Below are positions 27,322 through 36,882 of a stretch of 46,103 nt of DNA, piece after piece (positions within the stretch are counted from its first letter, which is position 1; every line of letters begins with the position of its first letter). Made by a program: the position numbers and the translations under genes. The notes beneath the pieces are model-generated. The model was not told where the DNA came from and ran no database searches. It saw only the letters and a program-made list of their open reading frames with translations. The stretch lies in sequence record SRR31156797_464. One strand, written 5' to 3'.

Positions 27322-28824
27322 ATGTATGACAATAAAGACCGCCTGATGCAATTGCAAAAAGAAATGGAATCCATCATGGATGCCCTCGGGAATGTACCGT
27401 CCCAACACAGGGATAAAGCCCAGGCAGTCATTGACCAGTGCAGGGCTTGCATCAACACCATGCCTGCTGTTGATACCCCCGTATATATCCACATAACCGG
27501 AACGGACAAATCGTTTAAAACCAGTTATCTTCTGGATCTTTTTGATAATGATGATCTAAGGGATGTTTTTTCCGTTAAAATGCGGAACACCTCTGAAAAC
27601 ACAGCTGTTCCCTGCCTTGTAGAGCCCTCGTCATGGGTAGACTCCCTTACCATCAGCCAGGTGTCCATCAGCACAGGCAAGCTGATGCAGAACCAATTGA
27701 CCCCGAATCAGTTCAGACGGCTTTATGACTTGTCATTCGGTGCCCAGCCCAATGATTATCTGATCCGGATTTCCATTCCGGCGGATAAAACCCCGATGAT
27801 ACGTTCAGCAATTGAATATCCCGGGATTAAAGAGGGGGCTGACTCAATCCCCCGTCAAAAAGAACGCCACCGGATTTTTCAGAAAAACATGCTGGCGACT
27901 TTGGTCCGCTATCCGGGAATACTTGTGGCTTGTTTTCAACATAAAATTGCCATTCCCGTTGGCCACCCCATGGATGCCATCCTGAAAAAATACGGAGATG
28001 TTCTGAAGACCGATTTTGCGTACCACAAGCTTCCCCTTGTCCTTTCTCTTCAGGGAGACAGCGCGGTTGCAAGCTATTGCGGGAATACCGATGTTGAAAA
28101 GGATCTTCAAAGCGATTTTAAAAGCTATAAATCATTTGACTCCGTTATTCAACTGGTCAATCCCTGTAATGATGAGTATCCGGTCTCTTTTATACCTCCG
28201 GGACCCCATGTGGACGCCTGGATAGGGAACCTGTCGAAATATAAAGATTTGGAACAGATTAAGAAACAAATATCAAAAGACGGCGGTGTCTCCTGGTCAC
28301 GGAAAATGCTGGACCGGTTATGCACGACCTCTCATATCAGGGAGGCTCTGGATAACATGTTCCTTACACCCTGGATCCAAGAAGCTACTGCCGTTCATTC
28401 CCGGGCCGTAGATGTTTATCATGGTATTAACAATTACGATGAAGTTAAACAAATAAAGGAACGGGTAAGAGAGGCCATTCTAAATGAAACCTACCAGCCA
28501 CTGCGTCAGTTTTTTAATGCGGAACTGACCTATACCCATGACGGCATCATCATCGATCATCCGGCCTTCTGGACTGCCATATTCTCCCAATACCTGGATC
28601 AGTTTTTCCAGGATACCCTGAGAAGCCAGGCTATTTCAAAGGGGGTCTGGGATGTGTTGACCCAGAAGCTGGACCCTGAAAACAAAGGTTTCTTAGGCAC
28701 CCTGGAGCAGGACCTGCCCCAAATTATCATGAATATGGCGGAACTTTTTGTGCCCAATGCCCTGATGAGAGGTGATTTTGCCCTTTTAGAAAAACGTTTC
28801 AAGGAGAACCCAGATGTTGTTTAG
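27322..28824 (+). CDS. Degenerate dynamin-like/SrfC-like P-loop protein
   Basis: 500 aa; N-terminal helical hairpin, IHITGTDKSFKTSYL (Walker A-like), NTAVPC (G2-like), IEYPGI (G3-like), helical C-terminus; family call is inference. Confidence 0.55.
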   Translation: MYDNKDRLMQLQKEMESIMDALGNVPSQHRDKAQAVIDQCRACINTMPAVDTPVYIHITGTDKSFKTSYLLDLFDNDDLRDVFSVKMRNTSENTAVPCLVEPSSWVDSLTISQVSISTGKLMQNQLTPNQFRRLYDLSFGAQPNDYLIRISIPADKTPMIRSAIEYPGIKEGADSIPRQKERHRIFQKNMLATLVRYPGILVACFQHKIAIPVGHPMDAILKKYGDVLKTDFAYHKLPLVLSLQGDSAVASYCGNTDVEKDLQSDFKSYKSFDSVIQLVNPCNDEYPVSFIPPGPHVDAWIGNLSKYKDLEQIKKQISKDGGVSWSRKMLDRLCTTSHIREALDNMFLTPWIQEATAVHSRAVDVYHGINNYDEVKQIKERVREAILNETYQPLRQFFNAELTYTHDGIIIDHPAFWTAIFSQYLDQFFQDTLRSQAISKGVWDVLTQKLDPENKGFLGTLEQDLPQIIMNMAELFVPNALMRGDFALLEKRFKENPDVV

Positions 28825-30565
28825 CCTGTTTAAAAGAAAAAAACCTGCCGTTGACCCGTTTCAACTGGAACTGGAAAATGATGATACGCTTTACTATGAA
28901 ACCATTGCAGGTCGAACTCCGCGTGATTCGAACAATCATGCGGAATATATCCTGTTTATAGATTTTGGTTCCTACAGGACATCGGTCCTTTGCTGGCCGT
29001 GCAGTTTCGGCCGGGATAAAATTACTGATTCATGGCAGTATGTGGTCCATTCAGACAGGAATGATCAGGGGGGATTTCCTTCGGCTTTTATCAATCCGCC
29101 TTCCGGGGATGAACGGGATTTTGCCTTTGTTCCCAATATCGGAGAGGAGAATGTCAGCTCAAGCCAGATTGTAAGAAGCGCTAAATATGCCTTTGCCAGT
29201 AAGTTTGCCGCTTACAGGGGAAATGTTCCCCAGTTCAAGCTCTATATCAAAAAAATTATTGAGGAGAGCTTTAAATACATCACATTCCCCAATAAGGACC
29301 TGCCCTGGAACGGTCCGGCCATCCCTGTTATTACGGAAATCAGGGTTACGGTTCCGGATCTGTTCATTGAAAATTTGCGGGCCGGCTACAAAGAAAATAT
29401 TTATTCGGTTTGCATGGATCTGGCCACTCATGACAAATGGAAACATTTATTTCCTGAGAATCTGCGCCATCTTCGCAAAGCATTTGTCAATATTTCAGCG
29501 GATGAAAGTGGTGCCTGCGAACTCTATTTTCTCAACCTGCTTAAATCCATGCCGTTTTGGGATTTGAGCAGCCATAAAGACCGGATGCCGGATTTAAAAG
29601 AGGTGGACTACCTCTTTTCCCAGGCCCAGTATCGCAACCAGGATGCAGACAATTTGAATTTTGTGGTCTGCCATATTGATATCGGAGGTCTGACCACGGA
29701 TGTGAGTATCCTGCTGGTTAATAGCCGCCAGGACTCTGATTTGGGTATCACAACAGCCCTGAAGCGAAAAGAATCCTTTTCAGAGCGAAAGGCCGGGGAA
29801 TATTTTGCACAAACCTATGCTCAGACCCGGCAACCTGAAGAAGAGAGCCTCTGGTGGGAATCCGAGCGATTTGTCAATAAGGATTTTTCACGGTTTCTGG
29901 AGATGCTCTGCGGTAAGCAGGCATCTTTGCTCAACCAGTGGCGCAAAGAAAAAGAAATGGACGGTATTTATTTTCTGGTATCCGGAAGACCCACGAAATC
30001 ATCCAATGTCCGATCCGTCATCCGCCGGAATATTCTCAAGGAATTTAACAAGGATGAGTTGCTCCTGTTACCGGAACACTGCCTGTTTATGGCGAATTAT
30101 TACCATGTGGGTAAGAATCAGGAAGGTGATCGCTATGCAAAGCAAATCAATCATTTTGAAAAACTCGTGACCCTTATCGGCAATGTATACACCCTTTATG
30201 ACGGGTATGAAATAGATTTTGAAGACCACCGGTACTACATTACTCTGGACGTGGATACCCGGAGCACCAACCAGATGGAGGTGCTGCCGGGCCGTCTTTA
30301 TAATATGGAAGAATTTGAAAACTACAAGAAAGCCGCCATCCACAACAATGTCAACCACCTGGCGTTTGCCCGGATGGCAACCGGCGAGAACAGCACCCGC
30401 TTTCTTACGGTAAAAACCATTGCCCGTCAAACATCGTTTCCCATCATAAAAGTGGCCCAGACCGCGGATAGTGGACACCAGGCATGGATTTTGCCCTCTC
30501 TCATCATCGTCAACCTGGACCAGAACGATCAGCCCTTTGACCTGGCATGGGCAACCATGGCATAA
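28814..30565 (+). CDS. Hsp70/actin-fold ATPase, SrfB-like
   Basis: FIDFGSYRTS (phosphate 1), VTVP, ADESGA (connect 1), IDIGGLTTD (phosphate 2), LVSGRPTK (adenosine motif, SrfB-type GRP); AAGGAG RBS, overlaps upstream gene. Confidence 0.7.
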   Translation: MLFSLFKRKKPAVDPFQLELENDDTLYYETIAGRTPRDSNNHAEYILFIDFGSYRTSVLCWPCSFGRDKITDSWQYVVHSDRNDQGGFPSAFINPPSGDERDFAFVPNIGEENVSSSQIVRSAKYAFASKFAAYRGNVPQFKLYIKKIIEESFKYITFPNKDLPWNGPAIPVITEIRVTVPDLFIENLRAGYKENIYSVCMDLATHDKWKHLFPENLRHLRKAFVNISADESGACELYFLNLLKSMPFWDLSSHKDRMPDLKEVDYLFSQAQYRNQDADNLNFVVCHIDIGGLTTDVSILLVNSRQDSDLGITTALKRKESFSERKAGEYFAQTYAQTRQPEEESLWWESERFVNKDFSRFLEMLCGKQASLLNQWRKEKEMDGIYFLVSGRPTKSSNVRSVIRRNILKEFNKDELLLLPEHCLFMANYYHVGKNQEGDRYAKQINHFEKLVTLIGNVYTLYDGYEIDFEDHRYYITLDVDTRSTNQMEVLPGRLYNMEEFENYKKAAIHNNVNHLAFARMATGENSTRFLTVKTIARQTSFPIIKVAQTADSGHQAWILPSLIIVNLDQNDQPFDLAWATMA

Positions 30566-30642
30566 ACCCTCTATGCCAGACGGGATTTAGTACATTGTGG
30601 TGAATTGGGGTCAGCGTGCATCTATTAGAAGCTGAATAATAG

Positions 30643-30677
30643 AACTGTCGGAAAATATCTTCCGGCAGTTTATTTTT
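30643..30677 (+). terminator. Probable terminator of the three-gene operon
   Basis: AACTGTCGGAA-aatatc-TTCCGGCAGTT followed by TATTTTT. Confidence 0.6.
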
Positions 30678-30695
30678 CCTCAAGACCTTTATGGG

Positions 30696-30725
30696 TTGAC
30701 AAGAGTATCCCCACACTTCTAGAAT
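30696..30725 (+). promoter_or_regulatory. Putative sigma70 promoter of the DUF2333-hyp operon
   Basis: TTGACA-18 nt-TAGAAT. Confidence 0.6.
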
Positions 30726-30819
30726 CAACTATTAATGGAATATTTTATCAAATGCATGGGCCCGCGGGGGTGTTTTCGCCTCTGAAAGGGTGTTCCAAAG
30801 GGGGCAAAAACATAAAAAC

Positions 30820-31770
30820 ATGGCGGAAAAAACTAAAAAAAAGAACCTCGGACGTCTGATCGGTCTTCTAATCCTGATTCTGGTGATTTTTTCTTTTATA
30901 GTGATGGCTGTTAATTCGAGAAAACCGGAACCACTGGAATCCATTCAATATGATGCCAAAGTCAAGGGGGCTGCCTTTGTCAGGACGAATCAGATGCTCA
31001 TCAAACAGATGCAGGAGAACTGGTTGCCCAATGATATCTACTGGCCAACGGTTTTCCTGGATAACATGCCCAATTTTCAGATCGGTGAACTGGAGGTGGT
31101 TCGATATAATATTCATGTCTTAAGGGACAACCTGTCCCGAATGCGAACGACGGACAAAATTGATAACAAAGTCGAGGACACCTTTACGGCACTCTCCAAT
31201 GATCCCCACAAATGGTGGTTCCCATCGGCGGAGAGCAAATGGCAGAATGCCTATGACGATCTGGAAGTGTACTATCAGAACCTCCTTCGGGGTGTTTCGC
31301 ATTTTTATCCCCGGGGAGACAACCTTATCGAACTGGTGAATGACTACGCCTCGCTCATGGGGGGCGTGAATACCCGCCTGATCAATGCCCCCCAGCGCAA
31401 GGGAACCGTCCTTCCCGTGGATTCGGATGACAAGGAAAATGGAAAAAAGGATTCCGAACCGATATCCATCAATATTTCATGGCGCCACATTGATGACAAT
31501 TTTTATTATGCCCAGGGGGTCGCTTACGGCCTTTACGAGTCTTTCAAGGCCATAAAAATAGATTTCAGGGGGGTGCTGGAAGAAAAGGGCGCCATGGTAC
31601 TGGTGGACAAGATCCTTGAGAATCTGGAGCGGTGCTACTTTGAGCCCTGGATTGTGTTCAATGGCGCGTCCCATAGCATTTTTGCCAATCATTCCCTGAA
31701 CCTGTCGGGCGTGTTCAACGATGCCAGACAGAAAATCAATTCGCTGGCAAAGGCATTGAGACAAGGTTAA
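30820..31770 (+). CDS. DUF2333-family membrane-anchored protein
   Basis: N-terminal TM anchor; WLPND...LDNMPNFQIG, PSAES, DDNFYYAQG and NG...IFANH motifs. Confidence 0.8.
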   Translation: MAEKTKKKNLGRLIGLLILILVIFSFIVMAVNSRKPEPLESIQYDAKVKGAAFVRTNQMLIKQMQENWLPNDIYWPTVFLDNMPNFQIGELEVVRYNIHVLRDNLSRMRTTDKIDNKVEDTFTALSNDPHKWWFPSAESKWQNAYDDLEVYYQNLLRGVSHFYPRGDNLIELVNDYASLMGGVNTRLINAPQRKGTVLPVDSDDKENGKKDSEPISINISWRHIDDNFYYAQGVAYGLYESFKAIKIDFRGVLEEKGAMVLVDKILENLERCYFEPWIVFNGASHSIFANHSLNLSGVFNDARQKINSLAKALRQG

Positions 31771-31802
31771 TCGGGCCATTCCCGGAGAAAAGCGGTCCTG
31801 TT

Positions 31803-32144
31803 ATGCATGAAATGTCCATTGCCCAGTCCCTTCTGGATGTGGTTAAAGAAGAGATGCGCAAAAACAATGCAACGGTGTTGAAATCGGTTCTGGTCCATAT
31901 CGGGCAGCTTTCCGCCATTGTTCCGGAATCCCTCTCCTTTTGCTTTGAAATCATGACATCCGGTACCGAACTGGAAGGTGCGAAACTCAATATGGAAGTC
32001 ATTCCTCTGACCGGAAATTGTAGGAAGTGCGGGCAATCATTTGAGATTAAGGACTATGCCTTTGAATGCCCCCTCTGCCATGGCACGGATATCGAGACCC
32101 TGTCCGGTCAGGAGTTGTCCATTGTTGAAATGGAGGTGGATTGA
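31803..32144 (+). CDS. hypA: Hydrogenase nickel metallochaperone HypA
   Basis: MHEMSIA start, CRKC...CPLC and GQEL. Confidence 0.96.
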   Translation: MHEMSIAQSLLDVVKEEMRKNNATVLKSVLVHIGQLSAIVPESLSFCFEIMTSGTELEGAKLNMEVIPLTGNCRKCGQSFEIKDYAFECPLCHGTDIETLSGQELSIVEMEVD

Positions 32145-32189
32145 AGAATTTGAAATGAATTTTTAAATTTCAATTATGGAGTCATATCA

Positions 32190-32843
32190 ATGAAAGTATC
32201 GGTTGTAAAAAATATTCTGGCGGCCAACGATCGCATTGCCCAGGAAAACAGGGCCATTTTCGATGAAAAAAACCTGGTTGTCTTCAATCTCATGAGTTCT
32301 CCCGGTGCCGGTAAAACGAGCCTTTTGGAAAAGACCATTGTCGCCTTGAAGGACCACCTGAACATCGGGGTCATCGAGGGGGATATCCAGTCCTCCCAGG
32401 ATGCGGAGCGGATTGCTGAAACGGGAGCGCCCGCGGTGCAGATTAACACGGGCGGGGCCTGCCACCTGGACGGCAACATGATTCGGGATACGTTTCACGG
32501 GTTTGATTTCGATGCTTTGGACCTGCTGGTGGTTGAAAATGTGGGAAACCTGGTTTGTCCGGCGGAATTCAAGGTGGGTGAAGACTTCAAGGTGATGATT
32601 TTAAGCGTCACGGAAGGCGAGGACAAGCCGGCCAAATACCCCCTCATGTTTCATGAGTCAAAGGTATTGCTCATCAACAAAATTGATCTGCTGCCCTATG
32701 TGGATTGCTCTCTTGAGCGCATCAGGGAAGAATCCTTAAAGGTGAACCCGGATCTTACGATTTTTGAGATTTCATGCAAAACCGGGGAAGGGCTGGATGC
32801 ATGGTGCGACTGGCTTAAAGGTGAAATGAAAGCAAAAGCCTAA
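32190..32843 (+). CDS. hypB: Hydrogenase nickel incorporation GTPase HypB (short form, no His-rich N-terminus)
   Basis: SSPGAGKT, IEGD, CHLD, ENVGNLVCPA, DKPAKYP and NKIDL. Confidence 0.97.
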   Translation: MKVSVVKNILAANDRIAQENRAIFDEKNLVVFNLMSSPGAGKTSLLEKTIVALKDHLNIGVIEGDIQSSQDAERIAETGAPAVQINTGGACHLDGNMIRDTFHGFDFDALDLLVVENVGNLVCPAEFKVGEDFKVMILSVTEGEDKPAKYPLMFHESKVLLINKIDLLPYVDCSLERIREESLKVNPDLTIFEISCKTGEGLDAWCDWLKGEMKAKA

Positions 32844-32857
32844 AGGTCCTGGAAATC

Positions 32858-35179
32858 ATGAAAAGGCGGGCTCGCGGCGCCATTGAAGGGATTGTTCAGG
32901 GGGTTGGATTTCGGCCCTTCATTTATCAACTGGCAGGTCGATACGGCCTGTCGGGGCACGTGGGCAATACGGATTTCGGCGTGGACCTGGAAGTGGAAGG
33001 GCCGGACGCAAATGTCGCTTCATTTATGACGTCCGTCGTCACATCTTCCCCGCCCCTGGCGCATATCGCATCGGTGCGATGGACCGATATCCCCGTCAAA
33101 AATCAACACTCCTTTGAAATCACGAAAAACAAAAACAGGCGGGAGCGCTCGGCACTGATCTCTCCCGACGCCGGCATCTGTGAAGACTGCTCTAGGGAGC
33201 TCCTGGACCCCTTGGACCGGCGATTCCGGTACCCCTTTATCAACTGCACCAACTGCGGACCCCGTTATACCATCATCAAAGACATCCCCTATGATCGCAT
33301 CTCCACCACCATGGCATCTTTCCGGATGTGTCCGGTCTGCCAAAAAGAGTATGAAGATCCCGCCGATCGTCGTTTTCACGCCCAACCCAATGCCTGCTGG
33401 GCGTGCGGCCCCGTGCCGGCCCTTCATGATGCAAATGGTGCGAAAATGGCCTGTGATGACCCGGTCCGGGAGACCATCTCTTTGCTGCAACGGGGAGCCA
33501 TTCTGGCCGTCAAGGGGCTGGGTGGATTCCATCTCTGTGTAGACGCTTCCAACCATCGAGCCGTGGTCCGGTTGAGACGTCGAAAACATCGGGAGGAAAA
33601 GCCCCTTGCCGTGATGGTGAAGGACCTGGGAATGGCCCGAAAGATTGTTCATGTGAACCGGGCAGAGGCCGAACTGCTGTCGTCCCGCCCGAAACCGATC
33701 GTGCTGTTAGAAAAAAAAACATGCAACGGTCTTTCAGAACAGGTGGCGCCGCTGAACCGTTTTCTGGGTGTCATGTTGCCCTACACGCCCTTGCATGTCC
33801 TTTTGATGGAGCGCTTTACCGGCCCCCTGGTCATGACCAGCGGCAATGTGAGTGAGGAACCCATTACACGGGATAATCAGGCGGCATTTAAAAAACTTCA
33901 CGGCATCGCCGACTATTTCCTCTCTCACAACCGGGACATCCATTTGCGGGGAGATGATTCGGTGGTTCGTGTGGTGGATAATATACCGAGACAGGTGAGA
34001 CGTTCCCGCGGATATGTGCCGGTTCCCGTTTTTCTCCCTTCATCCATGGCAACCATGCCGTCGGTTTTGGCTTTGGGGGGTGAACTCAAAAATACCATCT
34101 GCCTCACCAAGAAGAGCCGGGCTTTCTTGAGTCAGCATGTGGGGGATCTGGAGAACCTGGAAACCTATGATTTTTTCAAGTTGACCGTTTCGCACCTGCG
34201 GCGGATTCTGGAGGTTCGTCCCCGAGTGATGGTCCATGACCTTCATCCGGACTACCTGAGTTCCAGGTTCGCCAGGGAACAAAAGGAATTTAAAACTCTG
34301 GCCGTGCAGCACCACCATGCCCATATTGTGAGTTGCTTTGCCGAGCATGGTGCCGAGGGACCTGCCATCGGTCTGTCCATGGACGGAACCGGACTGGGAT
34401 TGGACGGGGCCATCTGGGGCGGGGAGGTTCTGCTTTGCGATACGGTCTCTTTTTCGCGGCGGGCCCATTTGGGCTATGTGCCTTTGCCCGGCGGTGATGC
34501 GGCCGCAAAATCACCCTGGCGCATGGGGCTTGTATATCTTTATCATGCCCATGGGGAGAAGCTGTTTGATCTGCCCATCCCCTTTGTTCGGGAATTGGAT
34601 GGGGAGACCGCATCCATTATTCTCCAAATGGCGCAAAAGGGGGTGAATTCCCCATTGACATCCAGCTGTGGCCGGCTTTTTGATGCGGTTTCAGCCCTTC
34701 TCGGCATTCGCAGGGAAATCGCCTATGAAGGCCAGGCGGCCATTGAGCTGGAAATGTGTCGGAATCCCGGTGAGGAAGGCCATTATGCCTTTGATATTGT
34801 AGCCACAGAAGGGGGATGGACCATGGAAACCACCCCCATCATACGGGGTGTGGTGACGGATCTGATGGAAGGGGAGTCTACGGATGTTATCAGCGGGCGA
34901 TTTCACAATACCCTGATCAAAATGTTGCATGGCATCTGCATGATCATAAGGGGTGAAAGCGGTATGGAGCAGGTGGTTCTGAGCGGCGGGGTTTTTCAGA
35001 ATGAGACATTGCTCAGCGGTTTGACCAAGGTACTCGGTGCTGACGGATTTAACGTATTGAGCCAGGCAAAGGTTCCCGCAAATGACGGCGGGTTAAGCTT
35101 GGGGCAGGCTGTCATTGCCGGGATGTTGTGTGCCGGCCATAAGGGTAAATTTGAGGAAACCTATGAAATACATGGATGA
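32858..35179 (+). CDS. hypF: Carbamoyltransferase HypF
   Basis: GIVQGVGFRPF acylphosphatase domain, two Zn fingers (CTNCGPR, RRFHAQPNAC), KGLGGFHL, QHHHAH and PANDGGLSLGQ. Confidence 0.97.
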   Translation: MKRRARGAIEGIVQGVGFRPFIYQLAGRYGLSGHVGNTDFGVDLEVEGPDANVASFMTSVVTSSPPLAHIASVRWTDIPVKNQHSFEITKNKNRRERSALISPDAGICEDCSRELLDPLDRRFRYPFINCTNCGPRYTIIKDIPYDRISTTMASFRMCPVCQKEYEDPADRRFHAQPNACWACGPVPALHDANGAKMACDDPVRETISLLQRGAILAVKGLGGFHLCVDASNHRAVVRLRRRKHREEKPLAVMVKDLGMARKIVHVNRAEAELLSSRPKPIVLLEKKTCNGLSEQVAPLNRFLGVMLPYTPLHVLLMERFTGPLVMTSGNVSEEPITRDNQAAFKKLHGIADYFLSHNRDIHLRGDDSVVRVVDNIPRQVRRSRGYVPVPVFLPSSMATMPSVLALGGELKNTICLTKKSRAFLSQHVGDLENLETYDFFKLTVSHLRRILEVRPRVMVHDLHPDYLSSRFAREQKEFKTLAVQHHHAHIVSCFAEHGAEGPAIGLSMDGTGLGLDGAIWGGEVLLCDTVSFSRRAHLGYVPLPGGDAAAKSPWRMGLVYLYHAHGEKLFDLPIPFVRELDGETASIILQMAQKGVNSPLTSSCGRLFDAVSALLGIRREIAYEGQAAIELEMCRNPGEEGHYAFDIVATEGGWTMETTPIIRGVVTDLMEGESTDVISGRFHNTLIKMLHGICMIIRGESGMEQVVLSGGVFQNETLLSGLTKVLGADGFNVLSQAKVPANDGGLSLGQAVIAGMLCAGHKGKFEETYEIHG

Positions 35180-36245
35180 ATATCGGGATGGTGCCGTGGC
35201 AAGGGGACTGTCCGAGAAGATCAGGGACATTTCCACGAAACGGGTCCGTTTGATGGAAATCTGCGGTACCCACACCATGGCCATTTTCAGGCACGGCATT
35301 CGAAGCCTTTTGCCTGATACCATTGAACTGGTTTCAGGCCCCGGTTGCCCCGTCTGCGTGACGGCCATGGAGGAGATCGATCGGGCCGTTAAACTGGCAC
35401 GAACCAAAGGGGTTATGGTAACAACTTTCGGGGATATGATACGCGTTCCCGGCAGCACTGCTTCGCTTCAGACGGCCCAGGCTGAGGGTGCCACGGTGAA
35501 AATGGTCTATTCCACGTTCGATGCCCTCAAAATCGCTTCCGAAAACAGGGAGAGTGAGGTGGTCTTTCTAGGGATTGGCTTTGAGACCACCTCTCCCACG
35601 GTGGCGGCCGCCATCCATACGGCCCATGTGGGGGGGAATGCCAATTTTTCGGTGCTCTCCGCCCATAAACTCCTGCCGCCGGCCATGGATGCCCTTCTTT
35701 CCGGCGGCGGTTCCATGGTGGACGGATTTATCTGTCCGGGTCATGTGACCACCATCATCGGCACATCCTCCTATGAAACCGTTGTTGAACAGTATAACAT
35801 ACCCTGTGTGGTGACCGGTTTTGAACCGGTGGACATCCTTCAGGGGATCTTGATGCTGGTGGAACAGATCGAATCGGGCAGGTCCCGGGTTGAGATTCAG
35901 TATGCCCGTGCGGTTTCCCCCGAGGGAAACCCGGGGGCACTGGCCATTATGGAAAAGGTCTTTGAACCCTGTGATGCACCCTGGCGGGGATTGGGTAATA
36001 TCCCGCAAAGCGGCCTCGCCATTCGGGATTCCTTTGCGGATTTTGATGCGGAAAATCGATTTGATCTGGAAGTTCCGCCGGCCCGGGAACCCGCCGGTTG
36101 CCTCTGCGCACAGATTCTGCGGGGTGCCGCAACGCCCCCGGAATGTAAGTTTTTCAGAAACGCGTGTACGCCGGCAACCCCCATCGGTCCCTGTATGGTA
36201 TCCAGCGAAGGAACTTGCGCGGCTTATTTTAAGTATCATATGTAG
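35163..36245 (+). CDS. hypD: Hydrogenase maturation protein HypD
   Basis: MEICGTHT, GPGCPVCVT, GFETT, PGHV and GPCMVSSEGTCAAY; ATG at 35163 overlaps the end of hypF. Confidence 0.97.
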   Translation: MKYMDEYRDGAVARGLSEKIRDISTKRVRLMEICGTHTMAIFRHGIRSLLPDTIELVSGPGCPVCVTAMEEIDRAVKLARTKGVMVTTFGDMIRVPGSTASLQTAQAEGATVKMVYSTFDALKIASENRESEVVFLGIGFETTSPTVAAAIHTAHVGGNANFSVLSAHKLLPPAMDALLSGGGSMVDGFICPGHVTTIIGTSSYETVVEQYNIPCVVTGFEPVDILQGILMLVEQIESGRSRVEIQYARAVSPEGNPGALAIMEKVFEPCDAPWRGLGNIPQSGLAIRDSFADFDAENRFDLEVPPAREPAGCLCAQILRGAATPPECKFFRNACTPATPIGPCMVSSEGTCAAYFKYHM

Positions 36246-36401
36246 CTGTTCAAAGGGTGCAGTTGTCAGGGGGAAGGAAGAAATTCCAAGCTGGTTTTTC
36301 CGAACCCCATGAGCGATTACAATTTTATTTTGCCGGTATCCGGCTTTTATAAGGCGTGTTGAGCATTTTTTGTCGTAAATATAAACCAATAGGAGGGAGC
36401 C

Positions 36402-36782
36402 ATGTTCAAGATTCTGGAAGGAAGTGAAGGCAATGTCTTGGGGGTTGAGGTGGTCGGTGGTTATATGAAAGAAGATATTGAGGAGTTGAAGAAGATCTGT
36501 GATGATAAAATTGCCGAAGGCCACGGTAAACTGAATTTTCTCATCAAGATTGACCAGCTGGATTTTTTAAAGAGTGAGTTCGGGGCTTTTTACGAGGACT
36601 GCAAATATGCGCTAACCCACATGAAAAATCTTCGCCATATCGCGGTGGTGGGGCACAGCAAGCTGGAAAAGATTCTCATCGAGTTGGACAATAAGCTTCT
36701 GGGAAGTGCAAGGAAGGAGCTGGTGGAAAAATATTTTGACGTGGCCGATATGGATAAGGCTTGGGAGTTTGTGCGCAGTTAG
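36402..36782 (+). CDS. STAS/SEC14 (SpoIIAA-like) domain protein
   Basis: 126 aa; IAVVG...KYFD....AWEFV pattern; GGAGGGAG RBS. Confidence 0.8.
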   Translation: MFKILEGSEGNVLGVEVVGGYMKEDIEELKKICDDKIAEGHGKLNFLIKIDQLDFLKSEFGAFYEDCKYALTHMKNLRHIAVVGHSKLEKILIELDNKLLGSARKELVEKYFDVADMDKAWEFVRS

Positions 36783-36882
36783 TCCCGGTTTTATTGACAA
36801 TTTAAGGTTTCCCCCCGGGGGCTTCGTAATATCCATGATCATGCCAGGTCCCCGGGGATTTTTTTTAGGTTGCCGCATCCTG

